DNA from: Sumerlaeia bacterium
GTDB lineage: Bacteria; Sumerlaeota; Sumerlaeia; MVZB01
Assembly: GCA_041687335.1 (NCBI GenBank)
Contig: JAWLCE010000001.1
Span: 168,619-232,618 of the forward strand
Direction: 5' to 3'
DNA: 64,000 bases
Shown here piece by piece: positions 39,570 through 47,381 of this stretch. The first letter of the stretch is position 1. Every line of letters begins with the position of its first letter. The notes beneath the pieces are model-generated. The model had not been told where the DNA came from. It made no database searches and saw only the letters and a program-made list of their open reading frames with translations. Both the position numbers and the translations under genes were made by a program.

Positions 39570-40085
39570 ATGATCAAGCCCAAGCAGAAGAAGCACATTG
39601 CCCTCTACCCGGGCTCCTTCGACGGGCTGACCTTCGGCCATCTCGACATCATCGAGCGCGGGGCAAACCTGTTCGACCGCCTGCTGGTGGCCGTGGCCAC
39701 CAACGAGGCCAAAAACCCCATCTTCACGGTCGAGGAGCGCCTCGAGATCCTGCGCGCCGAAACCGGCCATCTGGCCAATGTCGAAATCCACAGCTTCGAC
39801 GGCCTGACGATGGATTACGCCGAGCGGATGGGCGCCAATTACGTCATCCGCGGCATCCGCGTCGTCTCGGACTTCGAGTATGAATTGCAGATGGCCCTGA
39901 TGAACCGCGCGCTCAACCCCCGCGTGGAAACCCTCTTCATGGTGCCCGCCGCCGAACAGCTCTACGTCAGCAGCTCGCTCATCAAGGAGGTGCTGGTGCT
40001 TGGCGGCGACGTCCGCCGCTTCGTCCCCGAGACCACCGAGCGTTTCCTGCGCCGGAAATTCAATATTCCCCACCCCGCCGTCTGA
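39570..40085 (+). CDS. coaD: phosphopantetheine adenylyltransferase
   Basis: ALYPGSFDGLTFGHLDIIERG (the T/HxGH nucleotidyltransferase motif) and SSSLIKEV are present. The ATG lies 2 nt after the rpe stop. Confidence 0.85.
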   Translation: MIKPKQKKHIALYPGSFDGLTFGHLDIIERGANLFDRLLVAVATNEAKNPIFTVEERLEILRAETGHLANVEIHSFDGLTMDYAERMGANYVIRGIRVVSDFEYELQMALMNRALNPRVETLFMVPAAEQLYVSSSLIKEVLVLGGDVRRFVPETTERFLRRKFNIPHPAV

Positions 40086-40158
40086 TCCGCCCTTGCGCCC
40101 GCGCCGCCGCGACGGGATAATGCCAACAGCGGTCCGTCCGCGCGGAGGCACAGGTTCC

Positions 40159-40425
40159 ATGTCCGCTCGCTTCGCCTGCCTGACCCGCCCCGAGGGGGCC
40201 CGTCCGCCCCTGATCCGCGTGGTGCAGATGCCGCCCCCGGCGATCCAATACCTGACCGCCCACGTCGAGGCCAGCGATGGCATCGGCCTGGTGCGCACGC
40301 TCGACGAGAGCCGGGGCATCATTGAATGCTGGATCATGCCCGATTTCGAGGCTGAATACGTGGCCCTGCTGGATTGGCTGGCTCAGGAATGGCCGATCCA
40401 GGCGCTGGGCCGGGAGTTTGAATAA
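40159..40425 (+). CDS. hypothetical small protein (88 aa)
   Basis: ORF with RBS GGAGG about 10 nt upstream. I recognise no motif. It ends 5 nt before the Wzy_C/TPR gene. Confidence 0.3.
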   Translation: MSARFACLTRPEGARPPLIRVVQMPPPAIQYLTAHVEASDGIGLVRTLDESRGIIECWIMPDFEAEYVALLDWLAQEWPIQALGREFE

Positions 40426-40429
40426 ACCC

Positions 40430-43066
40430 ATGGCCCTGCCCTCTCACCGTCCCCGGACGAACCCCGCGCCTGAGACCGCCCCCGAAGCCGCGCCCGATGC
40501 TCTCGCCGGCCGGCAGCGGACCGCCATCGCGCTCCTGCTCGGCGCCCATGCCTTCATCCTGGCGCTGATCGTCCTGGCGATGACGCCGCTGACCCACAAT
40601 TTGGACGACATCAAGATCCTGCTCTTCCTCGGGCTGGGGCCGCTGCTGGCGCTGGGCTCACTGGCCTGCCTCGGGCTGGGGGCCGCCCCACCGCCGCCGC
40701 GACTGGTCGCCATCGGCCTGGGCGGTTATCTGCTGGTGGTCGCGCTCTCGACGGCGCTCAGCGAATTCAGTTGGATCGGCAAATTTTATATTCAGTTTTA
40801 TTGGGTGGCGGCCGGGTTTTTTCTCTCGGCGATGTGTCTGGGCTCGCGCCGCTGGAGCCTGGAGATCTTCCTGCGCTTCCTGCTGGTCATGGTGCTGGCG
40901 ACCAACCTCATCGGCCTCTTCATGTACGACTTGACCGGCCATGGCTCGGGCGTGCGCCTGCTTTACTGGCTGTTCTATGGCGACGCCACCGCGCCCCCCA
41001 CTCACATGCAGCGCCTGCTCAACACCCTGCAAAGCGCCGAGGGCAACATGCAGGCCACCATCCTCAACCGCGACTTTTACGCTGCCTTTTGTCTGCTCTA
41101 CCTGCCGTTCGCCATCCTGATGCTGGTCGATCCCGGCCCCGGCCGCCGCCCCAACCTCTGGCGCGGGCTGGGCGCCCTGACGATGGTTCTCACGCTGGTC
41201 TCGATCTTCCTCTGCAAGAGCAAGGGCGAATATCTCGTGGCGGTGGTGGTGCTCGCCTTCTGCGGCGCGATGTATGCCCTGCGCGGCCGCGTGCGCGGCA
41301 TCCGCCCCCAGCATATGCTGGCTCTAATGGTCGGGCTGACGATGCTGCTGGGCACGCTGGCCATCATGCGCTCGCCCACGATCCTTAACCAGCTCAAGGG
41401 CCTCGATGTCAGCGTCCAATCGCGCGAGATCATCTGGACCGGCTCCTACAAAATATTTCAGGATCACCCGGTCATCGGCGGCGGCCCCGGCACCTTCCGC
41501 ATCCTCTTCCCGGAATACCGCCGCGCTGATTACTTCAACCACGAAATCTCCAACGTCACGATCTTCTCTCACAATATCTTTCTGGACCTGCTCGCCGAAA
41601 CCGGTCTGCTCGGCTTCGGCTTCTTCATGCTGATGCTCGGCTCGATCTGGCTGGGGGGCTTCTACTATGCCCTGCGCCATCCCGACCCGCGCCTGCGCAA
41701 CATCATGATCGCCTGCCTGACCGCCCTGCTCGGCATCTACGGCAGCAACCTGAGCAGCCCCAACGGGCGCTGGGTCATCGGGGCTGTCGGCCTCTGGACG
41801 GTCATGGGCCTGACCTGCGGCGTGCTGCTGCTGGCGCGGGTCCCGGGCCAAAAAACCCCCATCGCGGCCGCCGCCGGTCCGCCCCGCAAGCCGGTCGCCG
41901 TCGCAGCCATCGCACTGCTGGCGCTGGGCCTGGTCATGGGCGGCTTCGGCGCCCGCACCGGACTGAACTACTTCAACTCCGCCCGCACCTACGCCGCGGG
42001 TCTGGCCTACATGGAGGAGGGGCTGAAAGCCGTCGAGCGGGGGCTCATTCAGGATGAGCAGGTGCGCGAGCGGGTGATCGACTACCTGCGCACCAGCTAT
42101 CCGCTGCTGGAGAGTTCGATCAAGACCGATCCCAATAACCTCTCGGCCTATTACAAGCTCGGCTCGGTCTATACGACGCTCTATCAGCTCGTCCGCGAAA
42201 AGGCCATTTCTGCCGCCAACCGCCAGCGCGCCGACCAGGAAGCGGAATTCCGCCAACTCTCGGGGATCTATCTCAAGCTGGCCCGCGCCCGCTTCGATCA
42301 GCTCGCAGCGCTGAGCCCCAATTACGCTGAGATCCATTACAACCTCGGCCTGGTCAACAAGTTCTACGCCAGCTACCTCGAGGAAGAAGCCGCTCGCACC
42401 ACGCCCGAGAAGGCCGCTGAGATGCAGGCCGAAGCCGAGCGCTCGCGCAAGGCCGCGCGGGCAGCCCTCGACAAGATGGCGCAGATGTCGCAAAAGCCCG
42501 AGGTCGCGCTGATCCGTGGCCGGCAATACGATGAGATGGGCCTGTCCGAGCAGGCGATCCAGATCTTTCGCGAGGCCACCGCCCTCTATCCCGACCATCG
42601 CGACCTGGCCATCGGTTTTTATCAGGCGGCCGCGGCGATCGAAGACCCGCGGGCCCAAGCCGAGGCTCTCGAGCTGGTCTGGCGCCAATCCCCCAACGAG
42701 GCCGAGGTCCTCTCGATGCTGCTGCGCCTCGCCCTCGAGGGCGACCATCAGGACCTGATCGAGCGAACCCTGGCCCGCCTGGAGGAGCTCAATCCCATCG
42801 ACCCGCGCCTGTTCGAGGTCCGCATGGTGCAGGCCGAACGCGCCGGCGATCAGGAACGCTACATCACTCTGGCGGAGCAATACCTCAACGCCGGCGGCAA
42901 CGCACCCGAGTTCGTCGTCACGGCCCAGCGGATGGCTCTCGCTTTGGGTCAGGATGCGCGCGCCTCCCGCCTGCGGACCGCGGCCGAGGCCATGGGTGCC
43001 GAATTCTTCGACAGCCCGACCACCTTCACTCAGCCCGCGGCCGAAGCCGGTGGCGTCCAACAATGA
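40430..43066 (+). CDS. O-antigen ligase (Wzy_C)-like polytopic membrane protein with C-terminal TPR array
   Basis: About 10-12 TM segments. A Wzy_C-type loop (SREIIWTGSYKIFQDHPVIGGGPGTF...SHNIFLDLLAETGLLGFGFF) is followed by ~370 aa of TPR-like repeats. Its stop overlaps the MoxR gene start (ATGA at 43063-43066). Confidence 0.7.
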   Translation: MALPSHRPRTNPAPETAPEAAPDALAGRQRTAIALLLGAHAFILALIVLAMTPLTHNLDDIKILLFLGLGPLLALGSLACLGLGAAPPPPRLVAIGLGGYLLVVALSTALSEFSWIGKFYIQFYWVAAGFFLSAMCLGSRRWSLEIFLRFLLVMVLATNLIGLFMYDLTGHGSGVRLLYWLFYGDATAPPTHMQRLLNTLQSAEGNMQATILNRDFYAAFCLLYLPFAILMLVDPGPGRRPNLWRGLGALTMVLTLVSIFLCKSKGEYLVAVVVLAFCGAMYALRGRVRGIRPQHMLALMVGLTMLLGTLAIMRSPTILNQLKGLDVSVQSREIIWTGSYKIFQDHPVIGGGPGTFRILFPEYRRADYFNHEISNVTIFSHNIFLDLLAETGLLGFGFFMLMLGSIWLGGFYYALRHPDPRLRNIMIACLTALLGIYGSNLSSPNGRWVIGAVGLWTVMGLTCGVLLLARVPGQKTPIAAAAGPPRKPVAVAAIALLALGLVMGGFGARTGLNYFNSARTYAAGLAYMEEGLKAVERGLIQDEQVRERVIDYLRTSYPLLESSIKTDPNNLSAYYKLGSVYTTLYQLVREKAISAANRQRADQEAEFRQLSGIYLKLARARFDQLAALSPNYAEIHYNLGLVNKFYASYLEEEAARTTPEKAAEMQAEAERSRKAARAALDKMAQMSQKPEVALIRGRQYDEMGLSEQAIQIFREATALYPDHRDLAIGFYQAAAAIEDPRAQAEALELVWRQSPNEAEVLSMLLRLALEGDHQDLIERTLARLEELNPIDPRLFEVRMVQAERAGDQERYITLAEQYLNAGGNAPEFVVTAQRMALALGQDARASRLRTAAEAMGAEFFDSPTTFTQPAAEAGGVQQ

Positions 43067-44076
43067 GCGATCTCAGCACGGGTGAACGCACGATGAAGAA
43101 CCCTCAAGATACCGCCCGCGCGCGCAAGGTCCGCATCGAGGAAGTCGATCTGCTGCTGGCCCACCCCGATCGCATTGAGCTGCGCTGGATCGGCAATGCA
43201 CCGCTGCGCGACCAGTTGCTGGCGGCCTGGATGGTCCTCGGTCCGGGGGACCTGCCGCTCAACCCGCGCCTGATCGGCCGCCCCGGCATCGGCAAGACCA
43301 CCCTGGGCTATGCCGTCGCCACCGAGATGGGCCACGACGTCTACATCGTCCAGTGCACGATGGATACCCGCCCCGAGGACCTGCTGATCATGCCCGTGGT
43401 CTCCGAGGGCGGCCGCATCGCCTACCACGCCAGCGGGCTGGTCACCGCGATGCTGCGCGGGGGAGTCTGCATCCTCGACGAGGCCAATCGCATGAGCGAG
43501 AAGAGCTGGGCCAGCCTTGCCCCGCTGCTGGACCGCCGCCGCTACGTGGAGTCGATCGTCGCCGGCCTGAAGCTGCACGCCCACCCCCAGTTCCGCCTCT
43601 GCTGCACGATGAATGACGACGCCTCGACCTACGACGTGCCCGAATACATTCAGTCGCGCCTGCAGCCGCAGATCGAGATCACCTTCCCCTCGCGCGAGGA
43701 GGAGCGGCAGATTCTCAAGTATAATGTGCCGCTGGCCCCCGACGAGCTGATTGAGCTTGGCCTGGCCCTCCTGCAGCGCGCCCACCAGTTCGACCTGGGC
43801 ATCACCCCCCGCGACGGCATCCATATCCTGCGCTATTGCCTGAAGATGGGCGCCTGTAAAAACGGCGACCCCGAGAAATTTTTCGATGAATCGGTGCAGG
43901 CGATTCTGGGCCAGGATGGCGCCGATCTGCTCAGTGGCATCATCCCCGCCAGCGCTCGCCCCACTCCGATCCTCGACCCCGACGCCACGCTTGGCTTTGG
44001 CGAGGACGATGATGATGACGACGAAGATGACGATGACGACGAGGGTGATGACGATCTGGACCAGCGCTGGCGCTGA
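43063..44076 (+). CDS. MoxR/CbbQ-type AAA+ ATPase (AAA_5) with poly-acidic C-terminal tail
   Basis: Walker A is LIGRPGIGKTTLGYAV and Walker B is VCILDEANR. The C-terminus is an Asp/Glu-rich tail encoded by GAT/GAC triplet repeats (43995-44050). Confidence 0.75.
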   Translation: MSDLSTGERTMKNPQDTARARKVRIEEVDLLLAHPDRIELRWIGNAPLRDQLLAAWMVLGPGDLPLNPRLIGRPGIGKTTLGYAVATEMGHDVYIVQCTMDTRPEDLLIMPVVSEGGRIAYHASGLVTAMLRGGVCILDEANRMSEKSWASLAPLLDRRRYVESIVAGLKLHAHPQFRLCCTMNDDASTYDVPEYIQSRLQPQIEITFPSREEERQILKYNVPLAPDELIELGLALLQRAHQFDLGITPRDGIHILRYCLKMGACKNGDPEKFFDESVQAILGQDGADLLSGIIPASARPTPILDPDATLGFGEDDDDDDEDDDDDEGDDDLDQRWR

Positions 44077-44097
44077 CGCGCCGGGGTTGCCGCCCGC

Positions 44098-45675
44098 TCA
44101 GTTGTGCGCCGGCCGGCGCCAGATGATCGTCGAGCCGATCTGGTCCACCGGCTCATAGCCAGCCTCAACCAGCAGGCTCTCATAATAAAATCGGCCGCGC
44201 CCCGACTCACGCCCAGTCCAGATCCCCGCCACCACCAGTTCATAGTCGCCGCCGCGGATCGCCGCCTCAAGCTCGGCCTCGGTCATCAGGCCCAACCGTC
44301 GCGATTGCTCCGCCGAATCCAGCCGCTCGACCATCCCGGCAAAGTGATTGTGCAGACCCCCGACAATCTCGGCTCGAGTGCCGATCAAATATCCTGGCCA
44401 CCAGCTCATGACCGGCGCCCCCGGCGGGGCCAGCTCGTCGATCCGCCGCCCGACCCAACGCACCACCCCCGGCCGCAGGTCGTATTCCGTGACTTCCAGC
44501 CAGAATTCGCGGCTCTCCTCGACCTCGCCCCCGCGCCAGTAACGCTGGAACGAGCCGTGGGCCGAGACGGCGGCCACCAGCAGCAAAATCGCCAGCGCCC
44601 CAACACGCAGTCCGGTCCGGCGCAGCCCGCGCCAGGCCTCGGCCGCCGCCGGCGCCGCCAATAGCAGCAGCCACGGCGTCGCCAGCGCCAGGTATTGCAG
44701 GAACGGCCGCACCCCGATCGAGGCCGTCCCGACGAGCGCCGCCAGCGCCAGCACGAGGAACCCGTCCTCGATCCGCCACGCAGGCCACCGCCGCCACGCC
44801 CGCCACAGCGTCAGCGCCACGGCCAGCACCCAGGCCGGCTGTTCGATGAACTGGCGACTCAGTGCCGGCAGGTTGGTCATCAACCGTCGCGCCAGCGAGG
44901 CATCGGCCCCCAGTTGGTGAATCCACCAATTGCCATACATGAAAGATTCGGGCGCCTGCGCGTGAAACCAGCCGAGCAGCAGCAGCGGCGGAATCCAACC
45001 GGCGACAAAGCACAGCGCCGGTCGCCAGCTCACCCACCGCCGCGGCCAGCCCTGCGCCAGCAGCGCCAGTGCCATCAGCATCGGCAACGGCGCCACCGTC
45101 AGCCGCGTCAGGATCGCCAGCCCCGCCAGCACGCCCCCCAGCCAAAGCCGCCACCAAGATCGCGCCTCGCCATCAGGCCGCGCCAGCGCCCACGCCCCCA
45201 ACAGCATCAGCGTCGCCAGCCCATAGACCTTGACCGTGATCCCCCAGGCAAAGCCGATATCGGCGCTCAGGTAGATCGCCAACCACGCCGCCGCAACACC
45301 CAGCGAACCCCCGCGCCGCCAGCAGAGCCAGCCAAAAATCAGCGCCCCCGCCCACGCCACCAGCGCCGCCATCGCGCGCGCCTGAATCCAGTCCACCCCG
45401 CCCGCCAGCCAGCCGGTCCCCCCCCACAGCAGCGGCACCAGCGGCATTTGCGGAAAGAAGAAATCGCGGTAAAGCACGCCGCCCTCACTCACCAGGCGGG
45501 CGGCATAGAGGTAATAGGCCTCGTCGGCATCCACGCGACGGGTTGCAGCCAGTCCAAGCAGCCACGCCCCGCTGGCCGCCGCCATCAGCAGCACCGCAAG
45601 CGCCCGGCCCCGTCCCCACGCCGCTAGTGTCCGATCCTCCCGCAAGCCATTTCCCCTTTCGACGGGCATCATCAT
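44098..45675 (-). CDS. GT39/ArnT-PMT-like GT-C membrane glycosyltransferase
   Basis: Multiple TM segments and a first-loop DE motif (VDADEAYYLYAARLV) typical of GT-C (PMT_2/ArnT-like) enzymes. The C-terminal ~120 aa are soluble. The track start at 45699 is TTG; I prefer the ATG at 45675. Confidence 0.6.
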   Translation of the reverse strand: MMMPVERGNGLREDRTLAAWGRGRALAVLLMAAASGAWLLGLAATRRVDADEAYYLYAARLVSEGGVLYRDFFFPQMPLVPLLWGGTGWLAGGVDWIQARAMAALVAWAGALIFGWLCWRRGGSLGVAAAWLAIYLSADIGFAWGITVKVYGLATLMLLGAWALARPDGEARSWWRLWLGGVLAGLAILTRLTVAPLPMLMALALLAQGWPRRWVSWRPALCFVAGWIPPLLLLGWFHAQAPESFMYGNWWIHQLGADASLARRLMTNLPALSRQFIEQPAWVLAVALTLWRAWRRWPAWRIEDGFLVLALAALVGTASIGVRPFLQYLALATPWLLLLAAPAAAEAWRGLRRTGLRVGALAILLLVAAVSAHGSFQRYWRGGEVEESREFWLEVTEYDLRPGVVRWVGRRIDELAPPGAPVMSWWPGYLIGTRAEIVGGLHNHFAGMVERLDSAEQSRRLGLMTEAELEAAIRGGDYELVVAGIWTGRESGRGRFYYESLLVEAGYEPVDQIGSTIIWRRPAHN

Positions 45676-45710
45676 AATGCCCCGCCGCCACCAACGCAAT
45701 CTTGCGGGTC

Positions 45711-45789
45711 CGGACCGAAGTGGCAGGTGGGGTCTTCAACTCGACGTGGCATCCAGTGTCGGCTCGAAGAGCCGACCTGCCTTGCCCGC
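45711..45789. repeat. intergenic repeat element copy A (~80 nt, contains perfect hairpin GTCGGCTC-GAA-GAGCCGAC at 45757-45775)
   Basis: It aligns at ~80% identity with 58860-58938 (cggacc..tggcaggt.gggtct..aac.cgac..gg..cagtgtcggctcgaagagccgacct.cc.t.cccgc). Confidence 0.55.
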
Positions 45790-45791
45790 AT

Positions 45792-45844
45792 GAAAAACAA
45801 AGGGGCGGCCGATGCGCCTGGGTTCATCGCGCATCGCCCGCCCC
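45792..45844 (-). terminator. Rho-independent terminator downstream of phoA-like gene
   Basis: On the minus strand, a 16-bp GC-rich stem (GGGGCGGGCGATGCGC ... GCGCATCGGCCGCCCC, one mismatch, 11-nt loop) is followed by TTTGTTTTTC. It lies 20 nt after the phoA-like stop. Confidence 0.55.
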
Positions 45845-45864
45845 GGTTTCTGGCTTGAGCCGGC

Positions 45865-47112
45865 TTACTTGGCCTCGGAGACGACCGCCGTGGCCTCACC
45901 GGCCAACCAGGCAGCGAACGCCGCCCGATATTCCTCCTGGACCGGGCCCGCCAGGTCGCGGCCCATCGCGCGCGCCAAGCGCCGCGCCACTTCCGTGTTG
46001 TCCATCATGCCGGCAAACGCCTCGGCGCCCGGCCCCTCTGCAAAGATCGGAACGCTGGCGGCCGAATGCGACCCGCTCGACCAGGTCATCATTTCGATCA
46101 GTTTCTCACCGCGCGTCTGTGCAATCTTTCCCTTCCCGGGCAGCGTCAGCGCGCCGGTCTCGTGATCGGCTGTCACCACAATCAGCGTCTGCTCGCCGAC
46201 CAACTCGCGTGCGCGCGCCACAGCGTTGTCCAGGGCGATCACTTCACGCACGAGCCGCGCCCCATCATTGGCATGCCCGGCATGGTCGATCCGTCCCGCC
46301 TCGACCATCAGGAAGTAGCCCTTGCCGCGCCCCTCGAGCGCGCGAATCGCAAACTCAACCATCTCGGCCAGCGACGGCTCCTCCTGCGTCCGATCCAGCT
46401 CATAGCTCATGTGGTCGGCGTGAAACAGGCCCACCACCCGCTGGTCGGCAGCCTTCGGGTCGAGCGCCAGCAGCTCCGTGCGCGAGCCGACCATGGTCCA
46501 ACCCGCCTGCGTCAGCTCGTCCACCAGGTCACGGTTGTCCTTCCGCTTGCCGGTGGTGCTGGTCGCCTCATCCCGCCAGTTTGCCCCACGGAAAAAGGCC
46601 TTTCCGCCGCCCAGCAGCAGCGTCAGCTCCGAGCCCGCCACCTGTTCGGCGATCTCCGTCTCCAGACCGCGCGAGCTTGAGTAGGCATAAAAACAGGCCG
46701 GGGTGGCATGCGTGACCCGCGCCGTTGAGATCACCCCCACCGCTCGCCCCTGCGACCGCGCCAGGTCCGTCAACCGCTCCAGCGGCCGCGCCTGCCCGCT
46801 GGGGTCAATCCGCGGGTCGGTCATTGAAATTGTGCCGTTGTTGGTCTTGGCCCCGCAGGCCAGGGCGGTGCCGGCCGCCGCCGAATCGGTCACAAAATCG
46901 CTGGTGCTCCAGGTGCGCGTCATGCCCACCACCGGCATCCGCTCCATTGCCAACTCGCCGGCCGAGCCATGCGCAAACAAACGCCCCGCATCCACCTGCG
47001 CCGGCCCCATGCCGTCGCCGATGAACAGGATTACATTGCGGGTCTCTGCCCGCCCCTGCGGCGCCCACGCCAGCGCCAGCAGCATGATCAAACAAACCCT
47101 ATGCATCTTCAT
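45865..47112 (-). CDS. alkaline phosphatase (PhoA family), secreted
   Basis: A signal peptide (MKMHRVCLIMLLALAWAPQGRA) precedes the metal and nucleophile region ILFIGDGMGPAQV...TDSAAAGTALACGAKT. The track start at 47220 is too far upstream; I place the start at MKMH (47112). Confidence 0.85.
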   Translation of the reverse strand: MKMHRVCLIMLLALAWAPQGRAETRNVILFIGDGMGPAQVDAGRLFAHGSAGELAMERMPVVGMTRTWSTSDFVTDSAAAGTALACGAKTNNGTISMTDPRIDPSGQARPLERLTDLARSQGRAVGVISTARVTHATPACFYAYSSSRGLETEIAEQVAGSELTLLLGGGKAFFRGANWRDEATSTTGKRKDNRDLVDELTQAGWTMVGSRTELLALDPKAADQRVVGLFHADHMSYELDRTQEEPSLAEMVEFAIRALEGRGKGYFLMVEAGRIDHAGHANDGARLVREVIALDNAVARARELVGEQTLIVVTADHETGALTLPGKGKIAQTRGEKLIEMMTWSSGSHSAASVPIFAEGPGAEAFAGMMDNTEVARRLARAMGRDLAGPVQEEYRAAFAAWLAGEATAVVSEAK

Positions 47113-47139
47113 TCTATGGTCCCTTCGAAAGCATTTTTG

Positions 47140-47180
47140 ACAGCAGATTATAACCGAACGCGGAATGAGAGGAAAAGTGA
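47140..47180 (-). promoter_or_regulatory. putative phoA promoter: perfect -10 TATAAT (47147-47152, minus strand) with CTGTCA Pho-box-like half-site just downstream
   Basis: On the minus strand the sequence reads GGTTATAATCTGCTGTCAAAAATG, about 30 nt upstream of the RBS GAAGGGA and the ATG. Confidence 0.3.
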
Positions 47181-47381
47181 GGAATTGACGAGAATGGGCA
47201 CGTTTTAATTCGTGGCTCAACGCGAACCCACGGATGCGCTGCTCACCAAGCCCCGACGGGGCGGCCGCAAGTAGCCGTGGGTGACCGCGGGGAACCCACG
47301 GTCAATCGCCTAACAAACCGAGCCCCGAAGGGGCGATTGATTGTTGCGGAGATTGAATTCCACCAAAGATCGGCCGCCGGC

